DNA from: Anthoceros angustus
Lineage: Eukaryota; Plantae; Anthocerotophyta
Direction: 5' to 3'
Assembly: GCA_010909165.1 (NCBI GenBank)
Contig: MU008149.1
Coordinates: forward strand, 310,001 to 374,000
DNA: 64,000 nt
The notes beneath the pieces are model-generated. The model ran no database searches, was not told the origin of the DNA, and saw nothing but the letters and a program-made list of their open reading frames with translations. Shown in pieces: positions 1-11,989 of the stretch (position 1 is the stretch's first letter; every line of letters begins with the position of its first letter). A program made the translations under genes and the position numbers.

Positions 1-1376
1 CACCGTCGTGGTTTGCTGCCAGCTCGCACCTCGGCCTCCACGGCCTTCGTCGGCGGCCAAGCCCATTACTGGCGAAGATGGTCACCGCCCCGATTCCTCC
101 TTAATTCCGCCTCTCGGACCTGGTTCGGACAAAATAATTAGAGGAAGACAATTCTTTGAACGTTTCTTGATGTAATCCGATTCGGGACCTTTGGAAATTC
201 TGCAACCAAGTCCAGCAGAGTGCGAGAGGGACTTGTCCCGCGACTAGCAAGTCAAAATCAGCCTGGTAACCACCAACTCGTGCACCGGGCCATGAAGGCA
301 CTCGTCCGTGTCCCTCCCCAAAACGCCCTACTTCTTGTTCAAGACCGTCTTGATGTTGCTTGCACCATCCGTGGCCGTGAATGTGAGCAAGCGCCTTCAA
401 AGCCGGTCCTAATGGCACCGTGAAGCTCGCCACCGGATCGCTATCCACGTACCAATTCTGCTCGGATCTCCACCAACATCGATGAAGCTTTTATTCCATT
501 GCGCATGAAAGGTGCCCATCCATTGTAATTCCTCCATTTCGAGCCCTCACCTCGCCACCTTCTAGCTCCTCCCCGCCCACCACCCATGCTCTCCTCCCAT
601 CATCGCCGATGTCCCCTCACATGAGGCCCCACGCTCTACCAAGAAGGCATCTTTCACGTGACCTCAATAACCGGGTGAGACACACAATCCGGGATTAGCA
701 ACAACGAGGAAGCGGCGAAAGGGAAAGAGAGCGCTAGACTTGCACTGGGAACATACCATTGAACTATGCACATGGCCAAAACGCGGACATGAAGACCCTA
801 CCCATTGCAGCGTTTGCTCGGGAAGTTCAAACCCAACAGCCCTATCCTTGCATTGGCCAGCGGTCTCACGATCAGGAAAGTCTGGCACACTTTGGATGAC
901 GCCATCTCCCTGACATGGCGACCAGGTGGCAGGGCTTGGCTCACGCCGGTGGCATGAGCCGGCGGCCCACTTCACCTCAAGCCTTGTGACGTAAGGGAAC
1001 ATGGGCGCAAAACCGCAACAGCGTAAGAGCGACAGGTCATGACCGAAGCTCCTTTGATTTCGGCTTCATGCGTGCTTGTAATGACACAAAGCTCTTCTCG
1101 ACCACCGTGCTTGCCATCTCCATCTCCAACACATCCATATCGGCGGCACCTCGCACATCCTCGCTAACCTCCGGATCCATGTCGGCTTCCATGAAGGCCT
1201 GTGGTGTGGGGAGATAAAATGGAAGGAGTCAAGGCCCTCCAAACTCAATCAAGTGGCTCGAGTCTTTTCCCGTGACCTCGGCGGTGCGGCATATGGAATC
1301 TCTAGCATACGGCCCTAGTCCCATTACTTGTCGCCCCGCCCACCATGCGTCGCTAGTGAATAAAGTGCATCCACAT

Positions 1377-3750
1377 CACTACACCGGGCAGCAGTTTGGG
1401 CGGGTCGCCTGGCGAACCACAGCAATGCGGTCGCGAGTGGCGCGAAATCCGTGACTCGTGCAAAAATTGTGACCCGAGTCGGAATAAGACCACACACACA
1501 CCGCAGCTTGACCACGATTTGGGTGCTTTGGTGACCCACTCTTTAAACCCGCCCACCAACACACTCGACGAGTGCCATGGAGGACCCACGATATCAAGAG
1601 TCGATGCCCTTCAAGATGAAGATGCTCCTCTTCTCCGACGACAATCGAGCTTGTGCCAAGAGTCTCCCGCCACCACCGAGCTTGTGACAACGGCGTACAA
1701 TTGCAGTGCTGGCGATGCCTCCTGCACGGGATCGCATGATGAGGCCGAAAGCCGGACGATGGGTTCTACAACAGGTCATTCGCCTCAACTCCTGCATGGA
1801 CTCGTCATATGTTCAATGCCATTTCGCCTTCAGACATTACCTTGTGCCCGAGGCACGAGCGGCTCAAAGTGAAAGCCGAGTGAGTGTCCATGAGGTCGTG
1901 CCCCAAAGAACATGTCTTGTAATTGTATCATCCCATGCATGTCTTGTATTTGTAAGCCACTTGTTAATCATCCCACACATTCGGCCGAACTTCGCAGTGT
2001 GCAAATCATCCACCGCTGCGTCGGGCATAACATCTCTGTGCCAATACTTGCCTCACATGGGCGGGAACGTGAAAGGCCCATGCGGTGGTCGGTGGTATCG
2101 ATAAGGTCTGCGAGTGTCAACATTAAAGAAGCGAGAAATCGCGGACCATGGACACGGGTTGCCATCGACCGAACCAATCCACCAAAACCATGAAGCTTAG
2201 GTCCCCCTCTTCACAAGCCACCTCCAGAATCCGTTTAATCTGGCCGAAAAAGTCCGGTGGAGCATCATGTCCTTCCATCTCGAACTGGCCATGGACCCAA
2301 CTGTCTCAAGTGGCTTGCCGATTCTCGTCCGCAGCTTTGGTCCTGAAATGATATCCATGTGACTCGAGTCCTCGATATGTCATTGTCTGTGAGCGTGGCC
2401 CCCAAGCCAAGGCTATGATGTCTGCTTTGTTGTCCATGTCATCAAAGGCACCCGCATGCAGTTCCTGTTTAAGCCATGTGATGAAGTCCATGCCTTGGGG
2501 ATTCTGCACGTTGTACATCTGCCTACATGGCTCCATAGTGCTTGAGTGTAGGACAAGGTACCAATAAAGTCGTCGCTGGCGTCGCCTGGTTTTCACGCCC
2601 TTCCCGATTGGCCTCTCATCGCCTTTCCAGAGTCCGACGCCAAACAAATGGGCTCGTCGATGCGCTATGATAAGTATTCGCCGCGTAATGCATTGCTTCC
2701 ATGGCCATGGCCGGTGGCCATGCTCCTTCAGTCGTGCTTCACGGACATGGTTCTTCAGACGAGCATGTACCTTTCGAATGGGTACATCCAAGCGGTGGGC
2801 GGTGCCATGGGTCTCCACCTCCTCGACCAAATGTATAATTAGATGTTCCATGATGTTCCAAAAAACAGAGGGCATAACACTTTCCAGGGCAATGGCGACA
2901 TCAATAGCATGTGCTTTCATAGTTGGCAAGTCAGCCAAACTGATGTCCTTTTGACATATCCACCGGTATAGGGCGCTCAGTTTTGTAACAGCCCTATACT
3001 CAGGCCCATCCAATCGTCCTCTTAGCGCAATGGGTAAGTAGTACTGCAGTAGGCAATGCCAGTCATGGCTCTTCATCCCTGTCACTTTCTCTCCTGTGAA
3101 TGCACGCCGGAGATTAGCACTGAATCCCGTCGGAGGCCTGATGTCCGCTATTTCGCGTTTCACAGCCTCCAGATGGCCCCTACCCAAAACATAAGATGCA
3201 TCTGGCATATGAGCTACTCCATCCTCATGTATGGGCCACAACTGTGGCTTTGAATCATTTTCTTCCATGTCGATGCGAGCATTAAGAGTGTCCCATCGCG
3301 AGATAGGACATGCCAAATGGCACAGCAATTGTTTGCCTCGACGCATGACGCCCTTCGTCTACGCTTTTCAATTCCCTACAATGCAATGATAACCCGTGAG
3401 AAACACTCTTGTGTGGCCCTATCGCCAATGCATCAACTCGGATAAAGCTTGTCTTACCCGCAGTATGGAAGGCCTCGAACAATGCGAGACTCACGTGACC
3501 GGCCGGTTGTCCTTGTGCGCGAAAGATCGGGCCGCAGACCATCGCGCCATCTCGTCCACCATATCGCCTCGATTGCAAACGGGCCGGAGTCTCGCGCCCG
3601 GAGGTTGTTGAAGAAATCCAGCTTTTCATGCCTCCTCGGTCGCCTATGGGGCACGGGTGACCCTCGACGATCAATTTGTTCAGAGCGGAGGACCATCGGG
3701 CCGAGGACTCCCGCGGTCAGTGCAAGCCATATGGACACCAAACCAAAGAA
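1377..3750 (-). mobile_element. CACTA/EnSpm transposon remnant (transposase region plus one putative terminus)
   Basis: A minus-strand transposase lies at ~1950-3750. CACTACACCGG at 1377 faces inward and is followed by GC-rich subterminal-like motifs. The other end is missing, replaced by Copia sequence. Confidence 0.7.
1950..3750 (-). pseudogene. CACTA (TnpD-type) transposase, frameshifted; DUF4218- and DUF4216-like regions
   Basis: ORF 2306-3346 contains PDASYVL...PPTGFSANL...GMKSHDWHCLLQYYLPIALRG...FWNIMEHLIIHLVEEV, matching the EnSpm GLKSHDCH/FFDIMVHL.VHL motifs. Downstream, GYHFRTK...FFGQIKRILEV...VLVDWF resembles DUF4216. Frameshifts and stops are present. Confidence 0.9.
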
Positions 3751-3844
3751 GTGACCGAGGCCTGGGTAGTCGCAAGTGGCCGTGAGGATTCCAGGGGTCC
3801 GAGCTCGACCGAATTGCCCTCGTGTGCTGTCGGGATGTAGAAGG

Positions 3845-4639
3845 TGTACCTTGACTCTCCTTCAGTCCAAGTATGTGCTCGAAATTCTGGACAAATTCAA
3901 GCTAGCAGATGCTCGCCCTGCCCCAACTCCGCTTCCAACTGGAGTGAAGCTTAGAGCTGAAGACTGCCCCATGACCGAAGTCGAAAAGGAGGACATGGCC
4001 AAGGTGCCATACCTGAGTGCCGTTGGTAGTTTGATCTACCTCCATGGTTGGACACGTTACGACATTTCCTATGCTGCTTCCGCCATTGCACAATTCATGT
4101 CTAACCCTGGCAGGGCACACTGGATGTGCGTAAAGAGAATCTATCGGTACTTGAAGGGCACGATCCATCTTGGAATTATTTATAAGAGATCCACCGATGG
4201 CAAGCTCAACTTCGAGGGCTGGGCAGATGCGGACTGGGCGTTCAACCCTGATGCCCGACGAAGTGTTGCAGCTTATGTCTTCACCCTTGGTGGCTCAGCT
4301 GTCTCATGGTCAAGCAAAAAGCTTGCTACCATCTCACTGTCTAGTGCAGAGAGTGAGTATGGAGCTTTGTCGAAGGCAGGTCGTGAGATAATTCACTGTA
4401 GACAGATCTTAAAGGATCTCGGCTATGAGCAGTTAGATCCTACCATCCTACACTGCGACAACACAGCAGCGATATCTTTGACAGAGGGTGACAGGTACAG
4501 AAGTACAGTAAAAATAGTCTACGTCCCCACAGAGTCCAACCTCGCAGACATGCTCACAAAGTCTCTACCTAAGATCCGTCATGAGTCACTTACAGCATCC
4601 CTAGGACTAGAGGATACAGTAAGCAAAAAGCATTCATGA
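3845..4639 (+). mobile_element. Ty1/Copia pol fragment (RT C-terminus + RNase H), 5'-truncated, with an internal deletion in RNase H
   Basis: Motifs: QSKYVLEILDKF, VPYLSAVGSLIYL, TRYDISYA, HWMCVKRIYRYLKGT, GWADADWA, SWSSKK, SSAESEY, CDNTAAI, NLADMLTK. The KHID segment is absent. Confidence 0.95.
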
Positions 4640-4652
4640 GATGGCTGGAACT

Positions 4653-4861
4653 GAGCGGGAGTGTTGAAGACCCACCGATCAAACAGCCACACCACTCATG
4701 AACAAATACACTCGAATGTACCTCCTCATGAACCGCTGCACCTCCACATGAACACCTACACCGCACACATGATCACAAGAGTGCATTGTAACGATGTAAT
4801 CTGTAAGAGAACAATCTGCAATAAAAGAAAGACATTCCTATCTGCCATGTATTTTCTTACA
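4653..4861 (+). mobile_element. Copia polypurine tract (4653-4661) and putative 3' LTR (~4662-4861)
   Basis: GAGCGGGAG is followed directly by TGTTG. AATAAA sits at 4820-4825. The segment ends in ...TTACA exactly where a sequence shared with 9016-9119 begins. Confidence 0.7.
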
Positions 4862-4964
4862 TGTATGCATGCATCCATCAGAGAGTTCTTCCGAATTGCC
4901 GAGAGGCTCAAGATGGGCGCCAACTGTGTTTCGGTAATTTGAGTGATGGGTATTTGGTTGGGCT
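4862..4964 (+). repeat. ~103-bp dispersed duplicate of 9016-9119
   Basis: tgtatgcatgcatccatcagagag...ggttgggctg is present at both sites with about one mismatch. Confidence 0.9.
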
Positions 4965-5054
4965 GAAAGCCCTGACCTTGGCTACATGGTAAACTCTTTC
5001 TGTGAGCTTCAGGCCATGATGAGGCTTATCATGCTACTTTGGCATGCCTGCATT

Positions 5055-5117
5055 AATATTATTCTGGTTCACGGAGAAGCAAACGAGATGGGCCGGCTGA
5101 AATCCAAGCTCTTGCAG
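5055..5117 (+). pseudogene. Short fragment of CPSF73-I (CPSF3)
   Basis: Translates NIILVHGEANEMGRLKSKLLQ, nearly identical to the conserved plant CPSF73 motif PNIILVHGEANEMGRLKQKL. There is no flanking coding context. Confidence 0.8.
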
Positions 5118-6619
5118 CATGTGTTTCCCGACGGCATGTGTTTCCTTGGAGCTCTGCATTAAGATAACCACTTGTGGGAAAGATTGACATTGGGGCGAGG
5201 GTTAGCGGGTCCACAAAAAGGAGACTATGGTGTCTAATGCATTATGTTGGGGCCACGTCTATCTAGCTGGGACCTTATGTTCTGGTGGGCACCGCCACAA
5301 GTGTCACGCGTAGCACAGCATACCTCCAAACCATCACTAGTTTCTTCTTGCTGCAGGATTCTGCAGGAACGATGGATGCACCTGGCATGTCTCCTGTATT
5401 TCTCCTACAACATCCTTGTTTATATATGTATATGAAGATTAACCAGGTTTTGGGGACTGCCTTCCAATGCCCAAGCTCCTGAGGGACCCCAATGGACGTC
5501 ATGGCATGTTGATGAATGTATGAGTATGTTGCATTTGGCATTATTCAAGCCCGCAAGCCACCCTTGGGGACGAAGCTGTTACCGGTCGAAATCCTGACGA
5601 CCTCACAAGGTAGCGTGATCGGTATCGGGATATTCAATTGAATGCAAACTCAGCATACTGGGCTTATGTAACACAAGGATGGGTATGCCCATTTACTTCA
5701 AGCTAGTGCCTACAACATACCTTCAAACCATTAAGAGTCTCTTTTGCTGCAGGATTCTTGAGGCAAAACGACCCACATGGCATGTGTCCTGTACATCTCT
5801 TGCAAAACTAAAGCTGATCATGACACAAAACATAGGCAACCTGGACTAGCAACCAAGCTGGAACAAAGAAGACAGTCCACTCTAAACTAGAGCCAAGCTT
5901 GACCAGGACCACTCGTACGTGTCTAAGACAGCGAAATTTGGCTGCCTTGATGGCCTCATTTCAACAAGGGGAGTTTGAGAGCGAAGCCTCGAGAAGCTTC
6001 AGACATGACCTGCAAGACTCAATCCAGGAGAATGTCAAGGAAGTCCAACACGCAGAAAGAATACGCAGGGCAAAGTGGGAAATTGACAACTGGGAGAAAA
6101 TAGACGTGGCCAGAAAGAGACTACTCAGTTGTAATCCAAGCTGATCTGACCCCGGAATCCACAGGTGTGGCAGAAAATATTGATACAGCCGTTCCCTTGG
6201 GAGCAGCACCACTACTCGGGCATGCCACTGTCTTAGCTCGGATTAGACTTGTGAAGGGATGGAACAGGTAACTTGTTGGTACCCAAAAGCCCCTGTCGTT
6301 GGCTTGTGCCACCGTCTGGTCCCTGCGAACAAATATTCCTCCATCGATGAGCTTCGATCTCATTGTCTCAGCAGTAGAATTTTCTCACATCATGCCAGCC
6401 TTGTCCTGGGGGATCAGGTGCAGGTGAGAATTCATCCACCTCAGCCATTATCACAGGGAGCACATAGTGATGTTCCAGCAGGACGTGCTTAGAAGCATAA
6501 ACACCGCTAAAGAGTCTGTAGAATTCTGGAAGTACTCTTCTTTGACAAAGATTTGCATTGTTTAATTTTTTCTAAAGACATCATGATCACAATACAAAAG
6601 AAGTTCTAGTTTACAAAGA

Positions 6620-6850
6620 ATTGAATCACGTCCAGCAACGGAGCTTTCCCCATAACAGGGAAGCCTTTCCAACACTGAAGAGACACTCCAAACAATTTTC
6701 TAAACTGCAAAGGAATTGAATCACGTCCAGCAAGGGAACTGGAACTTTCCCCAAAATCAGGGAAGCCTTTCCAACACTCAACAGACTCTCCATAGCCTCC
6801 TTCCTCAAAGGATGTCAACACCCTGCTGATGTTAATTGTTGAAGGCCCGG
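6620..6850 (-). pseudogene. Possible degenerate LRR fragment (two ~100-bp imperfect direct repeats)
   Basis: aattgaatcacgtccagcaa...gggaagcctttccaacact is repeated. Minus-strand pieces GLQQLTS, LERLP and PDFG resemble NLR-type LRRs but are frameshifted. Confidence 0.3.
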
Positions 6851-7069
6851 CCCCTTGACCCTCTCCCCGCACAGTCGCTGCTCACTTGTTACAGATTCAG
6901 GCGAGTGCTACTTTAGTAGATAGACAGCCATCAGATAGAATTCCAAGGGCCAAGTCGGTAGAACGCCAGAGGCGTAATAGGTAGGACCGCTGGTCACGCC
7001 TTGAGTATATAAGTGAGTTCTGTAGTGCTCAACACACTCACGCAGGTTCATGCAGGTAGATAGATTTGC

Positions 7070-7932
7070 TCATTTCCCCAAGTTGAACATGGCCCTTGAG
7101 AGCTCCAACAGTCTTGGGTCTTCCCTCAAACCCTCAAACCTGCATTTAACACCACATTAATATGGTTTCAGTTCGTGACATTCTGCACATTGCTTTGCAC
7201 GTCATGAGCGAAGTACATGAAAACTCCTGAAATTTATGAATCTAGGGCAGGGAATCAACTCACCGGGAGATGCAGCTGGACACGGAGGTTCTGGACGAGA
7301 CCCCGGAGGCTGGACACTAGGCCTGCTTAATCCCGCGTCCATCTCGGAGTGAGACTTGGACTCGGACACATCCGCGCGCGCTTCCTCCTGGCCCGCGCAA
7401 ACAGGCATTCCCTGAGGTCGGGTCTCATGTTCCACCTTCCGCGCCACATCGGGAGCATTCCCGGCGACCTCTCCGTATCCTTGCTTGGGATCAGCCATAC
7501 TCACAGGCACGTAGGCTCTTTTTGTGCTCTTCGCCAATCTGCCCATAAACTGGGTCTGGAAGGCGAAGGTTGCCCAGTCCACCTGCAGACGCCTGTGGGA
7601 GGCGATGGCGCCTATTGCAAAAGCAACGCTAGCTTGACTCCAGTTCGCGTTTTGATAGGGATACACCTTGTTCCTTAAGTCTCTGAGAAATTGGCGCTCT
7701 ATTGTGCGCGCCTTTCGGAGGTTGACGAGACCCTTGCCGGTCCAACCGAACTCGTCCACCACGTCCTGGCGAGTCACAATTCCGTCCCAGGCATGGGACT
7801 TCCTTGGATCAAGGCCTGTGTCACTCAGGCCCATGCTACAGAAGTAGGCCCTATCCAACACGGGCCCCTCCTGTTGCCGTCACCTCCAGCCATTGCTCCC
7901 TGCTGCGCTTGCTGCTGTCCAGGTCGCGCCAT
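7070..7932 (-). CDS. Putative unknown gene (possibly TE-associated domain), one homopolymer frameshift
   Basis: Open frame 7202-7861 contains a globular-looking core (GIVTRQDVVDEFGW...VAFAIGAIASHRRLQVDWATFAF). An ATG at 7932 joins this frame if one G is added near 7865. A GTGAGT donor is at 7263 and an AG acceptor at 7141-7140. Confidence 0.45.
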
Positions 7933-8065
7933 ATCGATCCCCGCTTTGGTCAGGTCTTCCAACCCCAGCCGCCTGCTTTCTGCTTTCTGGTGGCACCAGC
8001 AGAGAACGGAAGCCGCAGGACACAATCCCGCCGAACCCTGAATTAACGGGCTTGCCGATGTCCGG

Positions 8066-8143
8066 AAACCCTAGTATCTCGCACTTTTGAACTCGCACAA
8101 TGGAGTCCGGCTCACCCGGAAAACGAGTCCTCCCATTATATAC
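8066..8143 (-). promoter_or_regulatory. Putative promoter of the 7.1-7.9 kb gene: TATA-like element and telo-box
   Basis: GTATATAAT on the minus strand at 8135-8143. AAACCCTAG (telo-box) at 8066-8074. Confidence 0.45.
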
Positions 8144-9609
8144 TTACTTACACCAGTCTATTGCGAGGTTACGACCCGCTTCAGCCGCCACTTTCCTTAC
8201 AATGTTGTACATCGATATTTTTCCTTCTACGGGTTTGGATGTCTAGTGATGGCCAGGTAGTACAGACTTTGCTCAGATTCTCATGGCAGAAGCCAATGTT
8301 GACGAGATAGATACACTGACCAGATGACATGACTGCATTGTTGACCAGGTGCCAAGCCAATTTCGGTACTGTTTCCAGGCCTGACAATCGTCCATGCATG
8401 CATGTTTTGCCTCCTCCCTCCAATATTTGTGGGCTCTACAAGAGTGCTTTTGCGCCTCCGCTTCCTGCCGACCACTTTAGGCTAGCAGCATGGATGGGCA
8501 CTAGTTGGAGCAGCATGGTCATAGCCTAGCAACATGGTCTTTTTCAATATTTCAGGTACGCCTGCAGCCACACCGGCGGCATGTACATATCTCGCACGTA
8601 TTGTCGTCTAATACAAAATTAATTGCGGCAGCACTGTAACATTGTGGACCACCCACTCAGTCTGATGGAGGTCCATTGCACTCCATATCTTCCTTGGCAC
8701 TCGAATTCATCATGTGAAAACAAGGAAGGGAAACCACGTGGTGGCTCCAATTCCTCCTCTGAATCCTTTGCTCCAAGTTTAAGCACACCCAATCAGTATG
8801 ATAGAGCACATCTATGTACGGGAACGGATCCCATATGCCTCACACAGAGATTCTATCTGCGGGCAACAATGAAAGCTGTATGCACGTATGTTCACCCACC
8901 ATCAGCGTTGTCGTGGCTATCACCAGAGGCACCGCTCTCTGTCTGCTGCAAGACATGATGAGCACATGTCAAGAGACGTGCTTCAAGTCTGAACAAGATG
9001 ATTGTGCAGCAGGCATGTATGCATGCATCCATCAGAGAGTTCTTCCGAATTGCCGAGAGGCTCAAGATGGGCGCCAACTGTGTTTTGGTAATTTGAGTGA
9101 TGGGTATTTGGTTGGGCTGGCCCCTTGTCCAGGTCTGATATTTTGGTGTCAATGTATCTTCAGATTGGAGCAGGGCAACCTGGTGGAGCTCACATTGGCA
9201 GTTGTTGCGTTCAAGTGCGCGCTGTGTCACATTTAGCTCACGTTTGAAGATGCCAGTCCGCATTGGTCAATTTATGCCTGGCGAGGTGTGTTGGGTATGA
9301 CTGTGCTGAGGAGATGGTGCTCCTGAAGGTGGGTCATACACGAAAACTGGTTTTACTACATCAAGTGGGTTGTTGTGAATGCTGTGTTTTGAGAAAACGG
9401 GTTCTTGGTATGGTGGATTAAATTGTGAGGATTCCTCCTTATGTGGTCCTCGTTCACATGTTGTGGTGTTGATACAGGGTCGAAATGGAGATCAGCCTGG
9501 TTGTCTGAACCCCTAGGAGCGCTAGGTGGATTTTGTTTCGGAGTCATGGAGCTTCATTCATGTGTGCAGCAGGACACTATGGAGCAGGCAGAGCCTGATT
9601 GCACGGGAG

Positions 9610-9950
9610 GCTTGGTAGTTGTACAGAGGGAATGCTCGAGCAGATAGATGATGAGGCTACGAGCATCACAAGGTTAGCACGTGGACGGTACCGTGGTACG
9701 TATGAGAACCTGACGGAGGTAGTGAGATTGTGCAAAATGAAGTTAGTTGCTGCCCACTCAAGAGATGATGCAGCGTCTTTGTCCTCTCTTTAGCCATGGC
9801 TATTTCTGACAAGCTCGGTCAAGAGGCAATTTAAAGTTGCAAAACGAGGATAAGTACACTCAGGACATGGACGACATGTGATTCGGTTTCTCGGGATGAG
9901 AGTTGCTGGGCTTCCAAAGTTAAATGGTTAGGTTCCTTTGGAGACAAGCC
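9610..9950 (+). pseudogene. Group II intron maturase/RT-like remnant (unit copy 1; also ~16490-16830 and ~23320-23660)
   Basis: EQIDDEATSITRL, a degenerate RT4 region and VIRFLGMRVAGLP, all homologous to the better-preserved copies at 37.5, 45 and 52.5 kb. Confidence 0.7.
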
Positions 9951-10254
9951 GTTTATCAGCGGTATCACAACTGTAGGAAGCACGGGGTCATGGCTCAAGA
10001 GGAGAATGCTAGCACCGTGGTGGAAGAGTGAGTAAAGCACCCAGAAGCGGTTGAACCTGATGGCTGTAACGCTATTTCTGAATTCAACCACAACTAGCTT
10101 CTATGTTGCACCCAATTCACACATTTAACCTCTCCTGCCAGACTGGATTTCGATGGATTTATGCTGGATTATGCTTCCTGCTCCTTCCCCAAGCACCCAA
10201 CCGAGCATACCACATGAACTTCTCCAGGCGGAATGGTGGTAAGACATCGTTTGA

Positions 10255-10730
<476 letters not shown>

Positions 10731-11037
10731 CTCTTGGAGACTAACAAGCCCTTGGTCATTGTCCATCAGCAGTTGGGCACGTCTTGAATGAGGTGAGCTG
10801 TGCTCAGACATGGTCTGTTCAGTACATTGTTCAATGTGTCACATGCATTCCTCACTCTGTTAAATATGTTGTGAGTGTAGCTTGATTGCCTGCTATATAA
10901 AATCAGGACTTTGAAGCTGCTGTGGAAAAACTTTGATCCGACCAACTTTTGTTATGGATCATCCAGTGAAATCTCCCCATACCCAATACTTAGCAAGGAA
11001 AGCCGGGGATTTTTCAGTCAGGAAGGGAACCAAAATT

Positions 11038-11698
11038 CTGACTACCTAATAAGGATTATTAGCTGCTTATCCTCGGCCATCCTTATCATCAGCTCACATT
11101 CTCACAGGTGCCCGAAAATGATCAGTGTTTCAATCTTCTTTATCTGTCATTTTTAGAGCTGATGGTTTCTTCCTGGTTGGGTCTAGTATTTGTTGCAGTC
11201 CCAGTTCGCCACATTTCGGCATACGGTGATTTCCACGAGGCAGGTGACGAGAAACAAGTTACGAGAAACTGTGCAACACATCGCAGTGCACTTTCCTGCC
11301 AGACTCAAGTAGGCCGAAAAAGCGCCAGCTTGAAGAGCAGCTGCAAAAGCGGCTCGCCCGCTTAATTCACCCCTGAGGTAAGTATTTGAAGGTTCAGTTG
11401 TATGGCCTCATTAGGCTTCCCATGTTTAGCATGGTTGCATGATGTTAGCATCTAGACACTGCACAGCACCGCTCATGGTTTGCATACCCAGCAATGGAAT
11501 GTCTGACCACACCCTTTAAAGCGACCAAGCAGTCAAAAGCTCGGCGTGCATCTTCCAGTTCGCCACATTTTGTTCATGTCAACGCAGGTGCCAAGCAGTA
11601 TGTCATCTAGGAGTCCTCTGCTTGTCACCTGTGAGAATGTGAGCTGATGATAAGGATGGCCGAGGATAAGCAGCTAATAATCCTCATTAGGTAGTCAG
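11038..11698. repeat. 73-bp inverted repeat (11038-11110 / 11626-11698) around a 515-bp spacer; also 17916-18578 and 24746-25409
   Basis: ctgactacctaataaggattattagctgc...ctcacaggtg and its reverse complement differ by one mismatch. A second ~45-bp IR pair is at ~11439-11482 / ~11712-11755. Confidence 0.92.
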
Positions 11699-11989
11699 GA
11701 GTACATGTGGAGTAAACCATGAGCGGTGCTGTCCAGTGTCTAGATGCTAACATCATATGTGTGCAATACAGACTCATGTGTGCAATAGGGTACATGTGTG
11801 AGTCCCGTTCCACAGTCTCCGACTACACTTGAAGTGTCGTAACCTTAGAATTCACTATCCATAAACTAGATATATGGCCTGTAACAAAGACAAATCTAGA
11901 CTACTGAGCTCCTGGAGATCTCCCGTGTATGTATGTGCATACATGCATAATCAGGAGCAGGAGCAGGTCCTGAGCTTCGTCCTGAAGTC

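Noticed and set aside
100-1250. Possible hAT transposase or gag remnant (TDGASNIKTVL; WYVDS)
   Set aside because: Only isolated short motifs in different frames. They conflict with each other and are too weak to call without a search.
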